Shown here: positions 11,971 through 24,983 of the stretch, one piece after another | How positions within the stretch are numbered: position 1 is the first letter of the stretch | Layout of the letters: the number at the start of each line of letters is the position of its first letter | Assembly: GCA_030324005.1 (NCBI GenBank) | Contig: JARDVH010000110.1 | Span: 51,552,773-51,616,772, forward strand | Length of the DNA: 64,000 nt | From: Negaprion brevirostris | Lineage: Eukaryota | Direction of reading: 5' to 3' | Translations under genes and position numbers: made by a program | The notes under the pieces: generated by a model | Databases searched by the model: none | What the model was told of the DNA's origin: nothing | The model's input: only the letters and a program-made list of their open reading frames with translations

Positions 11971-13637
11971 GTTAACCAAAGGATCACAGAAAATGTCAGC
12001 AGACTCTGTGACACATCACAAGGGACCCATTGTCCAAAACACAACTCAGCACCAACTTGGAGTGAAAAAAAAGAGAGCTTTCATAGAATGATAGAGATTA
12101 CATCACAGCAGGTGATAACTGAGTATCCGGAACTCTCTCCTCTAATCCCATCCAACCTCACACCCTTTTATATTTCTTCTTTTTAAATATTCATTCCTTT
12201 CACTTTTGGTTTTTGTTGCAGACTGTACCTCAACAGCCAATTGTAATGAATTACTCAGCCATCTAATCTATAGTGTGAAAAGCTTTCTTCTTTCTTCCCT
12301 TTTGGTTCACTCTCCTAGTCACTTATCAGTGGAAAAAGACAATCTTTTAGTATTTACCAAAGGTAACAACCCTCCCCCCTAGCCCCTCCATGTTTCACTC
12401 TCTCCTTTATCACTGCTCCTCTTTCAATGTCATTCTCACTTTACCTTTGTCTCTCTCTCTCTCTCCCTACTGCTTGAGTCTAGCACCTCAAAATCTCTTC
12501 CCCATTCCCTAATCCCCAGGCTCTTCCCTCAACAGCAGGGTGGCACAGTGGTTAGCACTGCTGCTTCACAGTGCTAGGGATCTGGGTTTGATCCCTGGCT
12601 TGGGTCACTGTCTGTGCAGAGTCTGCATGTTCTCCCCATGTTTGTGTGGGTTTCCTCTGAGTGCTCCAGTTTCTGCCCACAGCCTGAAAGACGTGCTAGT
12701 TAGGTGCATTGGCCATGTTAAATTTTCCCTCAGTGTACTCAAACAAGCGCCAGAGTGTCTCAACTAGGGGATTTTTACAGTAAGTTCATTGGACTGTTAA
12801 TGCAAGCCTAAGTGTGACACTAATAATTAAACTTTAAAACTGATAACCGCTCATGCCCAAACTCCTTGACCCCTGATCAGCAACCTTTCTGCTGAGACCC
12901 TGCCCTCAGCTCGATTCTTTGTTGGATGGGTTGGGGAGTTGGAGGGTTTAGTGAGTAAGAGTGACTACACTGTGCCAGGGACAGCTCTGCAGTTCAATGC
13001 ATGATACAGGAGGGAGGTTTCTGCACAGCAATTTTAAAATGTGAAGATTTTTTGAGAGGGGAAACCTATGTCCCATTCTATGAGACTCCCAGGCAACCTG
13101 GTCAGGGGATGTGCACTGAGATAACTGGGCCAGGAATACACTGGATGTTCAGACTAAACCGGCTAAGTGTACAAAAACTAAAAAACCTGTTCTATGTACG
13201 AACAATGCTATTTACACTTCAGAGCAATTCATTGGCTTTAACGTTTTTTGACATATCCCAAGGACCTGAAAAGTGTTGTACAAGTACAAATCCTTTCCTT
13301 CCTTGTGATAGATTTAGTAGAGGTAAGTAATTTGAAGCTTGGCTTCCCTCTAGTGGTTTCACACAGTCTATCCTCCTGAACTGAAAATGTGCAACAATCA
13401 TTTCCTCTCCAATAATTTAATCACAAATTAGAGAGTGAGCAGGTGCAATGCCAGTGGAGAGTGACTTTGGCCTATTTAATTATGTCTAACACTTCTCTGA
13501 CCATAGCTATGGTCTTGCTAGAAACCAGCCATGGATTACTTGTGTAGAATTATGCAATGAAATAAACAAAGAATGATTATTGACTAGGCTAGGTCTAACA
13601 TAGCTCAACTAAATGAAGGAGGAGATATTTAAATATA

Positions 13638-13785
13638 AAGGGAAGGAATGGGGAAGGAGAAAAGGGGGAATAGAGGGGAGGAAGGGAAAGAAGGGTGGAA
13701 TGCAAGGAAGGGCAGGCGGAAAAGAAAGATAGAAAAGGAGGAAGAAGATGGAAAGAAAGGAAGGGAGAAAAGAAAGAAGAGAGGT
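13638..13785 (+). repeat. Purine-rich (GA) low-complexity tract
   Basis: Almost exclusively G/A for about 145 nt; explains ORF 13648..13833. Confidence 0.9.
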
Positions 13786-16779
13786 ACTGTTATAATTCAG
13801 AAGGGAACAATATGTGAAGGAATGCAGTTTTAATATGGAGTAATAAGCAAATCCAGTTATAAATAATCAAATCCTAAAGTGCAGAAGGAGGCCATTTGGC
13901 CCATCGAGTCTGCACCGATCACAATTCCAATCAGGCCCTATCCCCATAAGCCCATGCATTTACCCTAGCTAGACCCCTGACACTAGGGTTAATTTAGCAT
14001 GGCCAACCCACTTAGCCCCCACATCTTTGGATTGTGGGAGGAAACTGGAGCACCCAGAGGAAACCTATGCAGACACATGGAGAAAGTGCAAACTCCACAT
14101 TGATGGTGACCCAAACCAGGAATTGAACCCGATTCCCTGGTGCTGTGAGGCAGCAGTGCCAACCAATGTGCTACTGTGCTGTTCCATGAGTTATAAGGAG
14201 CTGGTCTTTACATCATCTCAGCAAGGCATTGATAAGTTGTAAAATAACACAACCTAACAATGGATAACCTTAAAAATTAACTTGATTAATGTGTCAACTG
14301 AATCCTAGAAAACTGAGTGTTGTGACTATTATTGACACCTCTCAGTATCCTGTTTGTTTGAAAGATGTTGACTAGGATGAAGGATGTTGGTGCGTTGTTT
14401 AGCATGAATGCTCAATATACACCTCGCTGGTGTATATTTCTTGCACGCTATACAAAATATACCATACGTAGAGAAGGAAAGGAGAGGGTGTAGAATGTAG
14501 CGGAAAGAATTAGAATAGAATTTTAAAAGTGTAGAATGAGAGTAAAAGATAGAATTAGAAGGTATGTTGGGCATAGCTTGAAAGAAGTTACCACACTGGC
14601 GCCATTTTGGATTCAGTTCTTATATGAATATTGGAGCCACACAGTAAGAGTTCTAATTTTTAAAAAAACATTTTGAATTCACTCCAGGATTTCTCATGGT
14701 AAAGGTATAGCTGCTGTAGTATAGTGATGACAGTTCTCCACTTGGAGATATCTAACTAGATTCTATAACTTTCTAGTCAGAGGTTTAAGGGAGGAAAATA
14801 CAGTAAAACAGGGAAATGAGAATTCTGGTCTCAACTGGTCTTGTATACCTTAAACTGGAACACCAGTAAAACAAGAAAATATGAATATTGGTCCAAGCTG
14901 TTTTTTCCTTCTGGGGGTAAATAATACTTTAATTATTGTTGGGTATCTTAAGTATCTCTCTGTAACATCAATAAATTTTGGACCTGAAATTTCAAGCTGG
15001 CTTTGATAAGTTAGGGGGGAGTCCAGCCTTGGAGAGTTATCAGCCAATCAGTTTGGTAGGCAGCTCTCCAGTGTCTCCAGGCACAGGGCTGCAGTGGCCG
15101 GAAGAGGCACTGCAGAGAGCTGCCCAGCACCAAGTTCCGGCAACCAGAGGACAATGTGAGTGGCATGTGTCTCAGGGCAGGGAGGTTCAGAAACATCCAG
15201 GGGGGGATGGTTGCCAGGTGGCAATTAGGGTCTAAGAATTAGGGCCAAGGTGGTAGAGGGAGGTCCAGAGGTCAGAAGTGGACTTCCAATGAAGACGCAC
15301 ACTCCATCTTCCCACCTGAGATCCAACTGTCTTTATTTATGCGTTTCTTCTCCTCAGCTATCTTCTGCCTGCCAATCTAAAATTTGTGACTGGGTGGGAA
15401 GTGGCCCTGAAGTGGACGTTAAATGGCCACTTAAGGGCCTTAATTTGGAAAAGAGGAGGATTCCCCTGAGGGTCGGCCTGCCCTATCAAAAAAATCACGG
15501 AAGTATCCAAAACTGAATGCAGTACTCTTGATAAAATCTGACTAAGGCTCTACATTTTCAGGCTGCTCTTTCTACTTCATGTTGTGCCATCTAAAGATGC
15601 CCACTGCCTGCTTTGAAGTGGATTATAATCCTAGCCCCTTTTATAGAACATTCTAGCCACACGTATTCCTAGGGAAATCACTCACTAAAGATTGAGAAGG
15701 ACAGGCCTCCCAGACATATAGATGGGTCTGAAGAACTGATCTAACTCTCCCCAGTGGAAAAGAACCACCAGAGAATATTCCAAACATCCAGTTTTAGTCA
15801 GCTGTACCTCAGGACAGTTCTTAAATTTTGAGGTTGAGGGTTGATCTAATCAAGAAATTTTGTAAGGTGGATGGAGAAAACCTATTTGCTCTGATAGGGA
15901 AATTCTGAATAATTGCAGAATAATTTTAAAATTAGAGATAGATCATGGAAGGTGTGAAATTGAAAGCAATCTTTCAGATAAAGGGTTGTGGACACTTAAA
16001 TAATGTTTCCAAAAATGCTGTGGATGATGGGTCAACTGAACCTTTCTAGACTGAGCTTGATAGATGCCTGTTTGCGAAGAATATCAAGACGTATGGAGCA
16101 AGAAAGGCAGATAAATGGAGCTGAAGTATGCCTTAGCCATGGTACTTCATTGCAGTGTTAAGGTAAGCCTACTTGTGACTAATAAATAAACTTTTATTCT
16201 AACTTAAGGATAGAACAATTGTGGAGCTGTAAGTCTTATTCCTGTTCCAATACACCACTCCCACTTGTGCAGATTTCCTCAAAGCTACCAATAAGTTAAC
16301 TCCACAGGCCGCACAGGTGATAGCCACTGACACCCTCACATCTCCACCACCACCCCCACCCCCTCAAGGTCCCTAAAATCCCATCCCTCCCACCCAGGAA
16401 GCCAATGTAAGACTGCATAGCACTTGGCACTGCTTGAAGCTACACATTTGCATAATTTATTCTTTAAGAGGTAAAGGGACAATTTTCCAATGCTGTAGAT
16501 CTAGAGTAAAAGGTGAAAATGCTAGAATCGCACAAGTGGTTTGTTAATAACTAAAAAGAAAAAAGATACGTTAATGCTTTGAATAAATACCTTTCGGGGA
16601 TTTTCTTGTTTTAAAGTTCAAATCAACAATGCACCTATTCTCTGATCACATGTTAACACACCAGCTGTACATTTACAGTGTTACTGTTTCCTTTTAAACT
16701 GGGCCATGGGATATAGTAAGTTGACAGTCCAGCTGAATATCAATGCTGTGCTATGGATTGCATATCTCAAAGATATTAC

Positions 16780-16975
16780 TTTTCACAAATATATGTAGTT
16801 CCTACTTTCTTTGCTGCTAAAGGTGGTGATCTTTTGCCTTCTGAAGTCAACAGAGCAGTAGGAGGTGATCTGAAGACAACGTTCATCTTTTCACTGACTG
16901 TCCGCAGCTTGGCTTTATAGACTGGATCCAGGTCATTCTCTGAATCCAATGGACTATTCTCTGTGACCTGCAATT
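16780..16975 (-). CDS. Coding exon ELQVTENSPLDSENDLDPVYKAKLR...KKVGTTYICEK
   Basis: Acceptor tttcattcaataag|, 196-nt open frame, donor AAA|GTAATA; phase 1 to 2, continuous with the previous exon. Confidence 0.65.
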
Positions 16976-17551
16976 CTTATTGAATGAAATATAACATTAG
17001 GAACTCAAAATGTTTGCTTAAAGACTGAAAAAGAACCTACAAGCAACTGGCCCATATATTTGACTCAGCTGTTCCTTATAGTGATTTTAATGTCGTCAAT
17101 ATATTTCTCCAAAGAAGTAAATCATGAATTGGCCCCTTTGACTCTTCTCACTTTCCATTATAACTCTAAAATAGTCATTGCAGATCCACAGATTAATTAC
17201 TTAAGGAGAAATCAAAATAAATCATTGGAATATTTGCAAATATTTGGTTATCCAGTCACAATGTGCCTGAATTCCACACACCGCAACTCCTGTTTACGAG
17301 ACAGGAATGAGGACATCTGTTAGGCTTCTATCAGTGCCATGCTGCAGTCAATGGAGCAACCCAGAATTACATTCTAGTTTTCCATCTGTCTTTGTGGATA
17401 CGAGCTTGGTCTTTACTTAGTGCCTTGTCAAATTTCACAGCTGCGTTTGGAAATCACCATGTGAGGAATCCTGAGCACAAATAATATTGAGCACCAGTTG
17501 CTAACTCGCAATTCAACTTGTCTTAATTTGCAATCCATTAGACTGGGTTAC

Positions 17552-17864
17552 CTGTTTCATCATTATGCAGGTGCCTAGGGTCAACTGAAGACCGAGAGTT
17601 ATCCACTTGCTCGTTATACAGGATTTGACATGTTGCACTGACTGAAAACACTGGGCTTTCCGTTTCAGTGGTGGATGGTACATTTTGACTAGGACCAAGA
17701 GTATATGATAGGTTTTCTGTTTCTGTGTTATATGGGATGTTGGACTGAGTTATCAATGAAGAAGTGTCTCGGTTTGGTAATACCGAAGAGAAAGTCTCTT
17801 TTGACCTCGCATTGTGGCTGTTTTCTCTGATGTCTGCCATCCCATTGTGGACTGAAGGCTGAAA
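17552..17864 (-). CDS. Coding exon, Ser/Thr-rich: (FQ)PSVHNGMADIRENSHNARSKETFSS...PRHLHNDET
   Basis: Acceptor cttatttctttgtcag| (alternative tttcag| at 17858), open frame, donor CAG|GTAACC; phase 0 to 1. Confidence 0.7.
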
Positions 17865-19189
17865 CTGACAAAGAAATAAGCAAATAACTTTATTCCATAG
17901 AACATCAAATCAAAAAGTTAATGTAGCCCAGGCAACGACATACACAAATTGTATCATCACTAATTTAAATTAAATGACATTTAATTCTCAGCTCTGGTCG
18001 ACACTCCATCGAACAAACTCTCTTTGACCTAAAGTTTTTGCTCCCGGGTCAGGAGCGCCAAGTTGAGACGTTTTCTGATTCTGTGAACCTGACCCAGGAA
18101 TATGAGACTAAGTAGGTTTTTGTTCTTGGAGGTGAACTGGATTTGAAGTTGGACCTTGTGATCCCAGACCTAGTGCAGAACTGACTGGTGCCAGGGGCAA
18201 GCTGACTGGAAAGCTTATCTCTATGCATTGGCATTGTGTGAAAGATAGAAAACATTAAAGCAAAGAAATCCCTCCAGCCCTTATGTTTCACCCTGTTCAT
18301 ACCCTATCAATGTGAACCCATGCCACTTCATGCCCCTATACCCAAAATCCATGGCTGTCCCATACCCCGTGTTAACATACGCCCCGTACCCAATGAAAGC
18401 AATTTTTTAAAACCACCCCCGACAATTTTTTTTCAAAGATTTAACGAACAGTTCTTTTAAATGTCTTGAGAGCTTGACAGCTCCCTTAGGAAATTTTGAC
18501 AGGTCCTCTTGATAGTTCTGCTAGGTCCTCTTGACAGCCTTGACAGGCATCTTGACAATTCTGGAGGTTTCCTTTTTTCAAGTGTTTCTGTTTACAGTTT
18601 CAATGAGTTTGACACTGATGAGTTCATGCAAATTTTACATTTCTCTCTGATCTTAAAAATTTCCAAAGGGCATCTGACCTCTCACAAAGGGTATCCTGGG
18701 ACAAGATCCAAAAGGAGTAATTTACCTCTCCAAAGACGTACCGGCCTATCCAAAAAAATCCCCCAAGTTCAGATCCAATCTCACCAAGTCTAATCTGCCA
18801 CATTTTGCATTTCACTCTCCTGGCCTAGCAAAATCCCACTTATGTGGAGGCAGCCAATGATTTAAGTGGTCAGCTATTTCCTGGAGCAATTCAGCGTCCA
18901 TTTATTTGTAAAGCGCCATTATTTGTCTTGCTATTGTTATGTTGCAATTAAACATGAACTCACCTACGTTTAACTTTTTAGTGCCTAAGACCAAGGGCCA
19001 GATTTTCACTACCAAGGCAAGTGGCGAACCTTGGAAAGTTTTTTGGTAAAGAGCTCTGATGTATACAATTTTAATTGCAGAAGGGAGGGTGATGGGGGTG
19101 GTGGGATGGTGATTGGGGATAGAGATAAGCCTGTTGACCCTGGAAGCAGGATGTAGGTGGTTAAAAGGTGCATGTTACACTTCGCTTTT

Positions 19190-20230
19190 TTTAATTTTTG
19201 GGACGTAGACATTGCCGGCTAGACATTGCCCATCCCTAATTGCCCTTGGGAGGATGGTGGTGAGCATCTTCTTTGATCCCACGAGGTGTAGTTACACTCA
19301 CAGTGCTGTTAGGGAGGGAATTCCAGGAATTTGAGCCAGCAACAATGAAGGAATGGCAACATGTGCAAATTACTTAATACTTGTGTGAATTTTACTAGCT
19401 ACTTGTTAGCCCAACCCTTAATATTGTCTAGGACTTGATGTATTTGGATGTGGGCTGCTTCAGTATCTGAAGAGTTGCAAAATGGTGCTGAATGTTGCGT
19501 AATCATCAAACATCCTCACCTCTGGCATTATGAGGAAGGGAAGGTCATCGACGGATCAGCTTAATATTCTTGGACCTAAGATACTACCCTGAGGAACCCC
19601 TGCAGTGATACCCTAGAACTGAGATGACTGACCNNNNNNNNNNNNNNNNNNNNNNNNNTCTTTTGCTCTTGTTTGAACCATGGCTGTAATGAAGTCTAAA
19701 CATAAGAACACAAGAAATAGGAAAAGGAGTAGGCCATCTAGCCCCTCGAGCCTGCCCCACCATTCAATAAGATTATGGCTGATCTGAAAGTGGTTCAGTT
19801 CCACTCACCTGCCTGCTCCCCATAACCCTTAATTCCCTTAATGATCAGAATGCTCCTGGTGAAACTCAAAATGGGTGTCCATAAGCAGGTTATTGCTCAG
19901 CAAGTGCCGTGTGATAGAACTGTTTATGACCCTTTCCATCACTTTAGTGATGATTGAGAGTAGACTAATGGGGTGACAATTGGTTGGAGCGGATCTGTCC
20001 CACTTTTTGTGTGGAGCTTCCTCCTCCAGTGAGTTGTTTGTTGTCCACTCTATTCATGAGTGGATATGGCAGGACTGCAATACTTAGACATGATTCATTG
20101 GTTGTGGATTCACGTAACTCTATCCAACACTTACTGCATATGCTGTTTGACATATACGTAGTCCCTTGTTGTAGCACCACCAGATTGACACCTCATTTTT
20201 ATAAATGCCTGGTGCTGCTTCTGATATGTC
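19190..20230 (-). mobile_element. LINE 3' region (family with tail ...aagggcaattagggatgggcaa...), interrupted by a CR1 tail at about 19700-19850
   Basis: Shares its tail with copies at 41530-42230 (-), 43025-43145 (-) and 45700-46040 (+). The clade is not resolved. Confidence 0.6.
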
Positions 20231-21627
20231 TTCCTGCACTCTTCATTATCTCAGTTGTTTTAGAATTTATTAAGCCCTTTGGCCCTCAAGTGATGAAGGA
20301 GCAGCACTCCGAAAGCTGATGATTCCAAATAAACCTGACTTTAACCTGGTATTGTGAGACTTCTTACCATGCCTACCCCAGTCCAATACCAGCATCTCCA
20401 CATCAGAACAGGTAAGCAGGTTTCCTTCAGTGAACAATGCTGATTTTCATTTATTCCAGATAGTTATTATTTATTTTCCCAGTCACATGAAGAAATTAAT
20501 CTGGGGTTACTGAGTTATTAATCAAAGAGCATAGCCACCATATTCCTTAATATGAGTAAGTCCTTTACATTGACAGTGATGTTCCTTTCTCTATGAATAA
20601 GATTTCAGGTGAAGATTTTCTGATTTATCTAATTATAAGAACAATGTCTTTGGTAGAAAGAGATATTTAGACTTTACCTGCACTGGTGATTTTCTGCCAG
20701 ATGCAAGAAACTTTGGTCTCACACTACGGAAACCCTTTGCCGCCAAACTGTTCTGGGGTTTCCCTTCTGGCAAACTTGGATTCCAACCTACGAGAAAAAT
20801 GTAAAAGGAGAAAGGAATGGACATGAGTATGTTTGTTTTCAAATGGAAAGTGTTTCTTTCTGCATACAATGAGCCGGATTTTCAATTACTGGTGGATTGT
20901 TGGTGCTACTGATAATTGTGTTTCTGGAGGGCCTCTCCAGACCCCAACTGGATTTATAAATTAATTCAATTTGGATGTTGTTTGTGAGTTCAGGGATTGG
21001 TTCCACACTGGGCCAAAGAAGTCATTTTGTAATCTGTATGATTTTACAACCTAAAAATCCACACTCATGTATTGAACAAGAATTATTCTACCAACCAGCC
21101 AAAAACAGATGATTGAATGTGCTGTGTTCCACAAACATGTTAGGATTGAAAAATAAGTAATTAACCAACTTCAAGGCTTGAAATATACTAACATCAATAT
21201 GTTTAAAAATATTAATTTGCTGTTGTACATTTTGTCTTTGGGTAAGATACCACTGATAGCAAATCTAGATTTTTATCCATGGCCATCTGGATAGTGTGCA
21301 GGGTAATGTTTGAGGATTAATACAAATTCAGATAAGGGAAACATCATAAACTCCACGGGCACAATGGTCAAATCCAATAAAATTAACCCAACTGCAACAA
21401 CTGAGCAAACGAACAACTGTTAAACGACAGACTCAATTCAAGGTGAGGTAATGTTAATACAAAGGTTGAAAACTGAGGTTTTGGAAACTACCTTTGTTAA
21501 TTAACAATGAGAGAAAGAGAGTTATTCATCAGAATTTCAAGCGCTCCCTAGGACAGGATTTCATGGAAGTCACTGTCAGCGAGGAAACCTCAAATCTATT
21601 TACACTTTCACTTGGACTGATCGACAG

Positions 21628-21932
21628 GGGCAGCACGGTGGCACAGTGGCACTGCTGCCTCTCAGTGCCAGGGACCCGGGTTCGATTCCCAGCTTGGGTC
21701 ATTGTCTGTGGGAAGTTTGCATGTTCTCCCCACGTCTGCATGGGTTTCCTCTGGGTGCTCCAGTTTCCACCCACAGTCCAAAGATGTGCGGGCTAGATGG
21801 ATTGGCTATGCTAAATTGCCCTAAAGTGTCAGGGGGACTAGTTAGGGTAAATGAGGATAGGGTCTTGGTGGTACTGTGGTCGGTGCAGCCTTGATGGGCC
21901 AATGGTCTCCTCCTGCAATGTAGGGAATTCTA
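21628..21932 (+). mobile_element. HE1-type V-SINE, tail A (CR1-like tail ...gatgggccgaatggcctccttctgcactgtagggattcta)
   Basis: tRNA-derived head with A/B boxes (tggcacagtgg, gggttcgattccc) and V-domain gggtttcctc..gtgctcc.gtttc. Other tail-A copies: 9646-9985(+), 13868-14185(-), 41140-41315(-), 53957-54215(+), 59230-59550(-), 60450-60910(+). Confidence 0.85.
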
Positions 21933-22072
21933 TAAATAAAAACCACAAGTTGTAAAGGTCTATCATGTATTTGATAAGTATGCCTTTCCCTTTTAAAAAT
22001 AAACTGCTTTTTAGGATGGAAATGGTGGGGGCATGGACCGTGGTATCGGGATGACAATAATACTGCATTGTG

Positions 22073-22378
22073 ATGGCATGGTGGCACAATGGTTAGCACT
22101 GCTGCCTCAAAATGCCAGCGACCTGGGTTTGATTCCCAGCTTGGGTCACTATTCTGTGCAGAGACTGCACTTTCCCCCCGTGTCTGCGTGGGTTTCCTTG
22201 GGTGCTCCGGTTTCCTCCCACTGTCTGAAAGATGGGCTAGTTAGATGCATTGGCCATGCTAAATTCTCCCTCAGTGTACCTGAACAGGCGCCGGATGTGG
22301 CGTCTGGAGGATTTTCATAGTAACTTCATTGCACTGTTAATCTAAGTCTACTTGTGACACTAATAAATAAATAAGGCT
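22073..22378 (+). mobile_element. HE1-type V-SINE, tail B (...gtgttaatgtaagcctacttgtgacactaataaataaacttt)
   Basis: Same head and V-domain with a different tail. Other tail-B copies: 4691-4817, 12535-12840(+), 23436-23715(-), 24749-24895(+), 43355-43648(-), 62510-62790(-). Confidence 0.85.
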
Positions 22379-22494
22379 TTGCTCCTGATTTGTATTCAGT
22401 GCATCCCCCATGTCAGTGCAAAGCCCGGGAGGTACTGGAGGGGCGGGCGGGGAGAGGAATCATGTTCAAACGGGTTTTAACCTTTGTAGTCAGT

Positions 22495-22870
22495 TGTGGT
22501 TCTGGGGATAACCGCTGAGCATTCTAACCTCTGAGTCATGGGTTTGAGCCCAACCCCATTCAAAACAAGTTTAATGTGGTGATCAATACTGCGTGAGTGC
22601 TGCACTGTTGGAGCTGCTGTCTGTGGGTGAGATATTATACTGAGACCTCTCTCCTCTTGGGTGTACACGGAAGATCCCATCTGGCGAAAAGCAAGCAAGT
22701 TCTCCTGGTGTCATGGTTCGACATTGTCACCAGAAACAAATTATCTGGGCCTTTATCCCCTTTTTCGTGGGAGCTTACTGTGCGCAATTTGCCGAGGTGT
22801 TTCCCACATTAAAACATCATCATCCATAAAATACTCTGGAATGTTCTGAGGTCATGGAAGTTGAGGGCAT
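22495..22870 (+). mobile_element. DeuSINE (SacSINE1/AmnSINE1-like)
   Basis: Deu-domain-like gctgcactgttggagctgctgtc...aagatcccat...gtgggagcttactgtgcgcaatttgccg. More copies at about 25250-25500(-), 25550-25880(+) and 30620-30780(+). Confidence 0.7.
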
Positions 22871-24920
22871 AGAAGTGCCACCTGGCACAGTGGTGTAGTG
22901 GTTAGCACTGCTGCCTGACAGCGCCAGGGACCCGGGTTCACTTCCCGGCCTCGGTGTGCAATTTGCACATTCTCCCCCAGTCTGCATGGGTTTCCTCGGT
23001 GTGCTCCGGTTTCTTCCCACAGTCCAAATCCCGACGAAACCCATGCAGACACGGAGGACATGCAAACTCCACACAGTCAGTCACCCAAGTCTTGGAATCG
23101 AACTCGGGTCCCTGGTGCTATGAGGCAGCAGTGAGACAACATAATGTCAGAGAAATTAACCCATTAACAGCCAAGCATTATCCAATCAGGTCTTGCTTTC
23201 CAATTAGCAGTACATCACAAGAATGGATGTGTTGGTCAATGAATGGCTGGAATGTGTAGAAAGATCATGTGACAAAACCTCCCGGAATACTTTTAATCAC
23301 AGCTGACAGCCGCACACAGAGTTGATTTAAGATATTCCAGTTTATGGATGTGCTTTATAAAGGCCTAGCAAAACCTCAAAGGCAAAATATAAGCAGACTA
23401 CAAAGATGTGCAGGTTAGGTTGACTGGCCATGTTAAATAAAGTTAAAGCTTATTTAATAGTCACAAGTAAGGCTTACATTAACACTGCAGTGAAGTTATT
23501 GTGAAATTCCCCTAGTTGCCACAGTCCCCTAGTTGTTCGGGTCAAAGCACCTAACCAGCACGTCTTTCTGACTGTGAGGGGAAACTGGAGAAAACCCGTG
23601 CAGACATGGGGAGAATGTGCAAACTCCACACAAACAGTGACCCAAACTGGGAATCAAAGCCGGGTCCCTGGCACTGTGAATCAGCAATGCTGACCATTGT
23701 GCTACTGTGCCGCCTCTTGAAAGCACAAATTGTTCCTTAGTGTCAGGGGGATTAGCAGGGTAAACACTTGGGGTTATGGGGATAGGGCCTGGGTGGGATT
23801 GTTGTTGGTGCAGGGTCAATGGGCCGAATGGCCTCCTCCTGCACTGCAGGGATGCTATGAGTTCTTTAAAACTAGAAACGTGCAGCAGGCCTCAGGCCTC
23901 ATCAGCTCAGCAGGTTGGTGTTTAGATTTTAGTGTTACTTACTTTAGTGCTCCACTCCATTGACGTCAACGCATCTGGAATCCTTGGTTTTAATTATCTG
24001 CTCAGCAAAATATTGGAAGGATCAAAGCCATTGGTTTTGGTTCCTGTCACAGTCCTCATCCATTCCTCTCCCTGGCAACTGTCTGCGATTGAACCAAGTT
24101 GTTTACTGTCATTATCAGAGCCGTTGCTAACAAATCCATTGACATACAGCAAACGGGTGTAGGAACTGGGAGCCTCAGGCTGATGCTTAGATAATTGCCA
24201 ATCTTCACATCAAATTCTGTGCTTGGACTTGAAGGGAGTAGGACATGCTGTGAGTTTCTTTAACCTAATGATGCAATGAAAGGCCAGTCATAAGTGAGAT
24301 CAGAATTCTTGATGCTTCATCTCCCACGTCAGTGAATCAGAGACTATTTTTGTGATTAATGATTTTCGGGTCGGGGACTTTCACTGACATTATACTGCCC
24401 GAGTGATGTCGCAATTTTGGGATATCTTTGCAGAAATATTTTTAAAGATTTGCCCATGGTGATGACAAACTCCACTGTGTTGTAATGATGGACACAACTC
24501 AACAAAGTCAAAAGTGGCAGATACAAGAGGACAATTTCAACGTGGCAGCCAAAATATATCATGGAATCCCTACATTGCAGAAGGAGGCCACTCGGCCCAT
24601 CGAGTCTGCACCAGCCACAATCCCACCTAGGCCCTATCCCCATAACTCNNNNNNNNNNNNNNNNNNNNNNNNNNNNNNNNNNNNNNNNNNNNNNNNNNNN
24701 NNNNNNNNNNNNNNNNNNNNNNNNNNNNNNNNNNNNNNNNNNNNNNNNATTGGCCATGCTAAATTCTCCCTCAGTGTACCTGAACAGGCGCCGGAGTGTG
24801 GTAACTAGGGGATTTTCACAGTAATGTAATTGCAGTGTTAATGTAAGCCTACTTGTGACGATAATAAATAAACTTTTAAAAACTTTTTAAACTTTTCTAT
24901 TTAAGAGAGAGCAGGATAAC

Positions 24921-24983
24921 AGCGAGAGAGGGGAGGGTAACAGCGAGAGAGGGGAGGGTAACAGCGAGAGAGGGGAGGGTAAC
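24921..24983 (+). repeat. Minisatellite, 3 perfect copies of 21-bp AGCGAGAGAGGGGAGGGTAAC plus a degenerate copy upstream
   Basis: Read directly: 24921-24941, 24942-24962, 24963-24983. Confidence 0.95.

Noticed and set aside
12540-12767. Recurrent ORF family MAQWLALLLHSARDLGLIPGLGHCL...
   Set aside because: Chance translation of the V-SINE head, not a protein family.
13648-13833. Lys/Arg/Glu-rich ORF
   Set aside because: Translation of a GA low-complexity tract.
18964-18984. 21-nt segment before a strong TAG|GTGAGT donor on the minus strand
   Set aside because: It has a stop codon in the phase needed for this intron, and its acceptor lies at a repeat edge.
21628-21710. tRNA-like A/B boxes
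   Set aside because: SINE heads continuing into a V-domain; no complete cloverleaf.
24921-24983. Direct repeats as a possible CRISPR array
   Set aside because: No spacers, and the context is eukaryotic; it is a simple tandem repeat.
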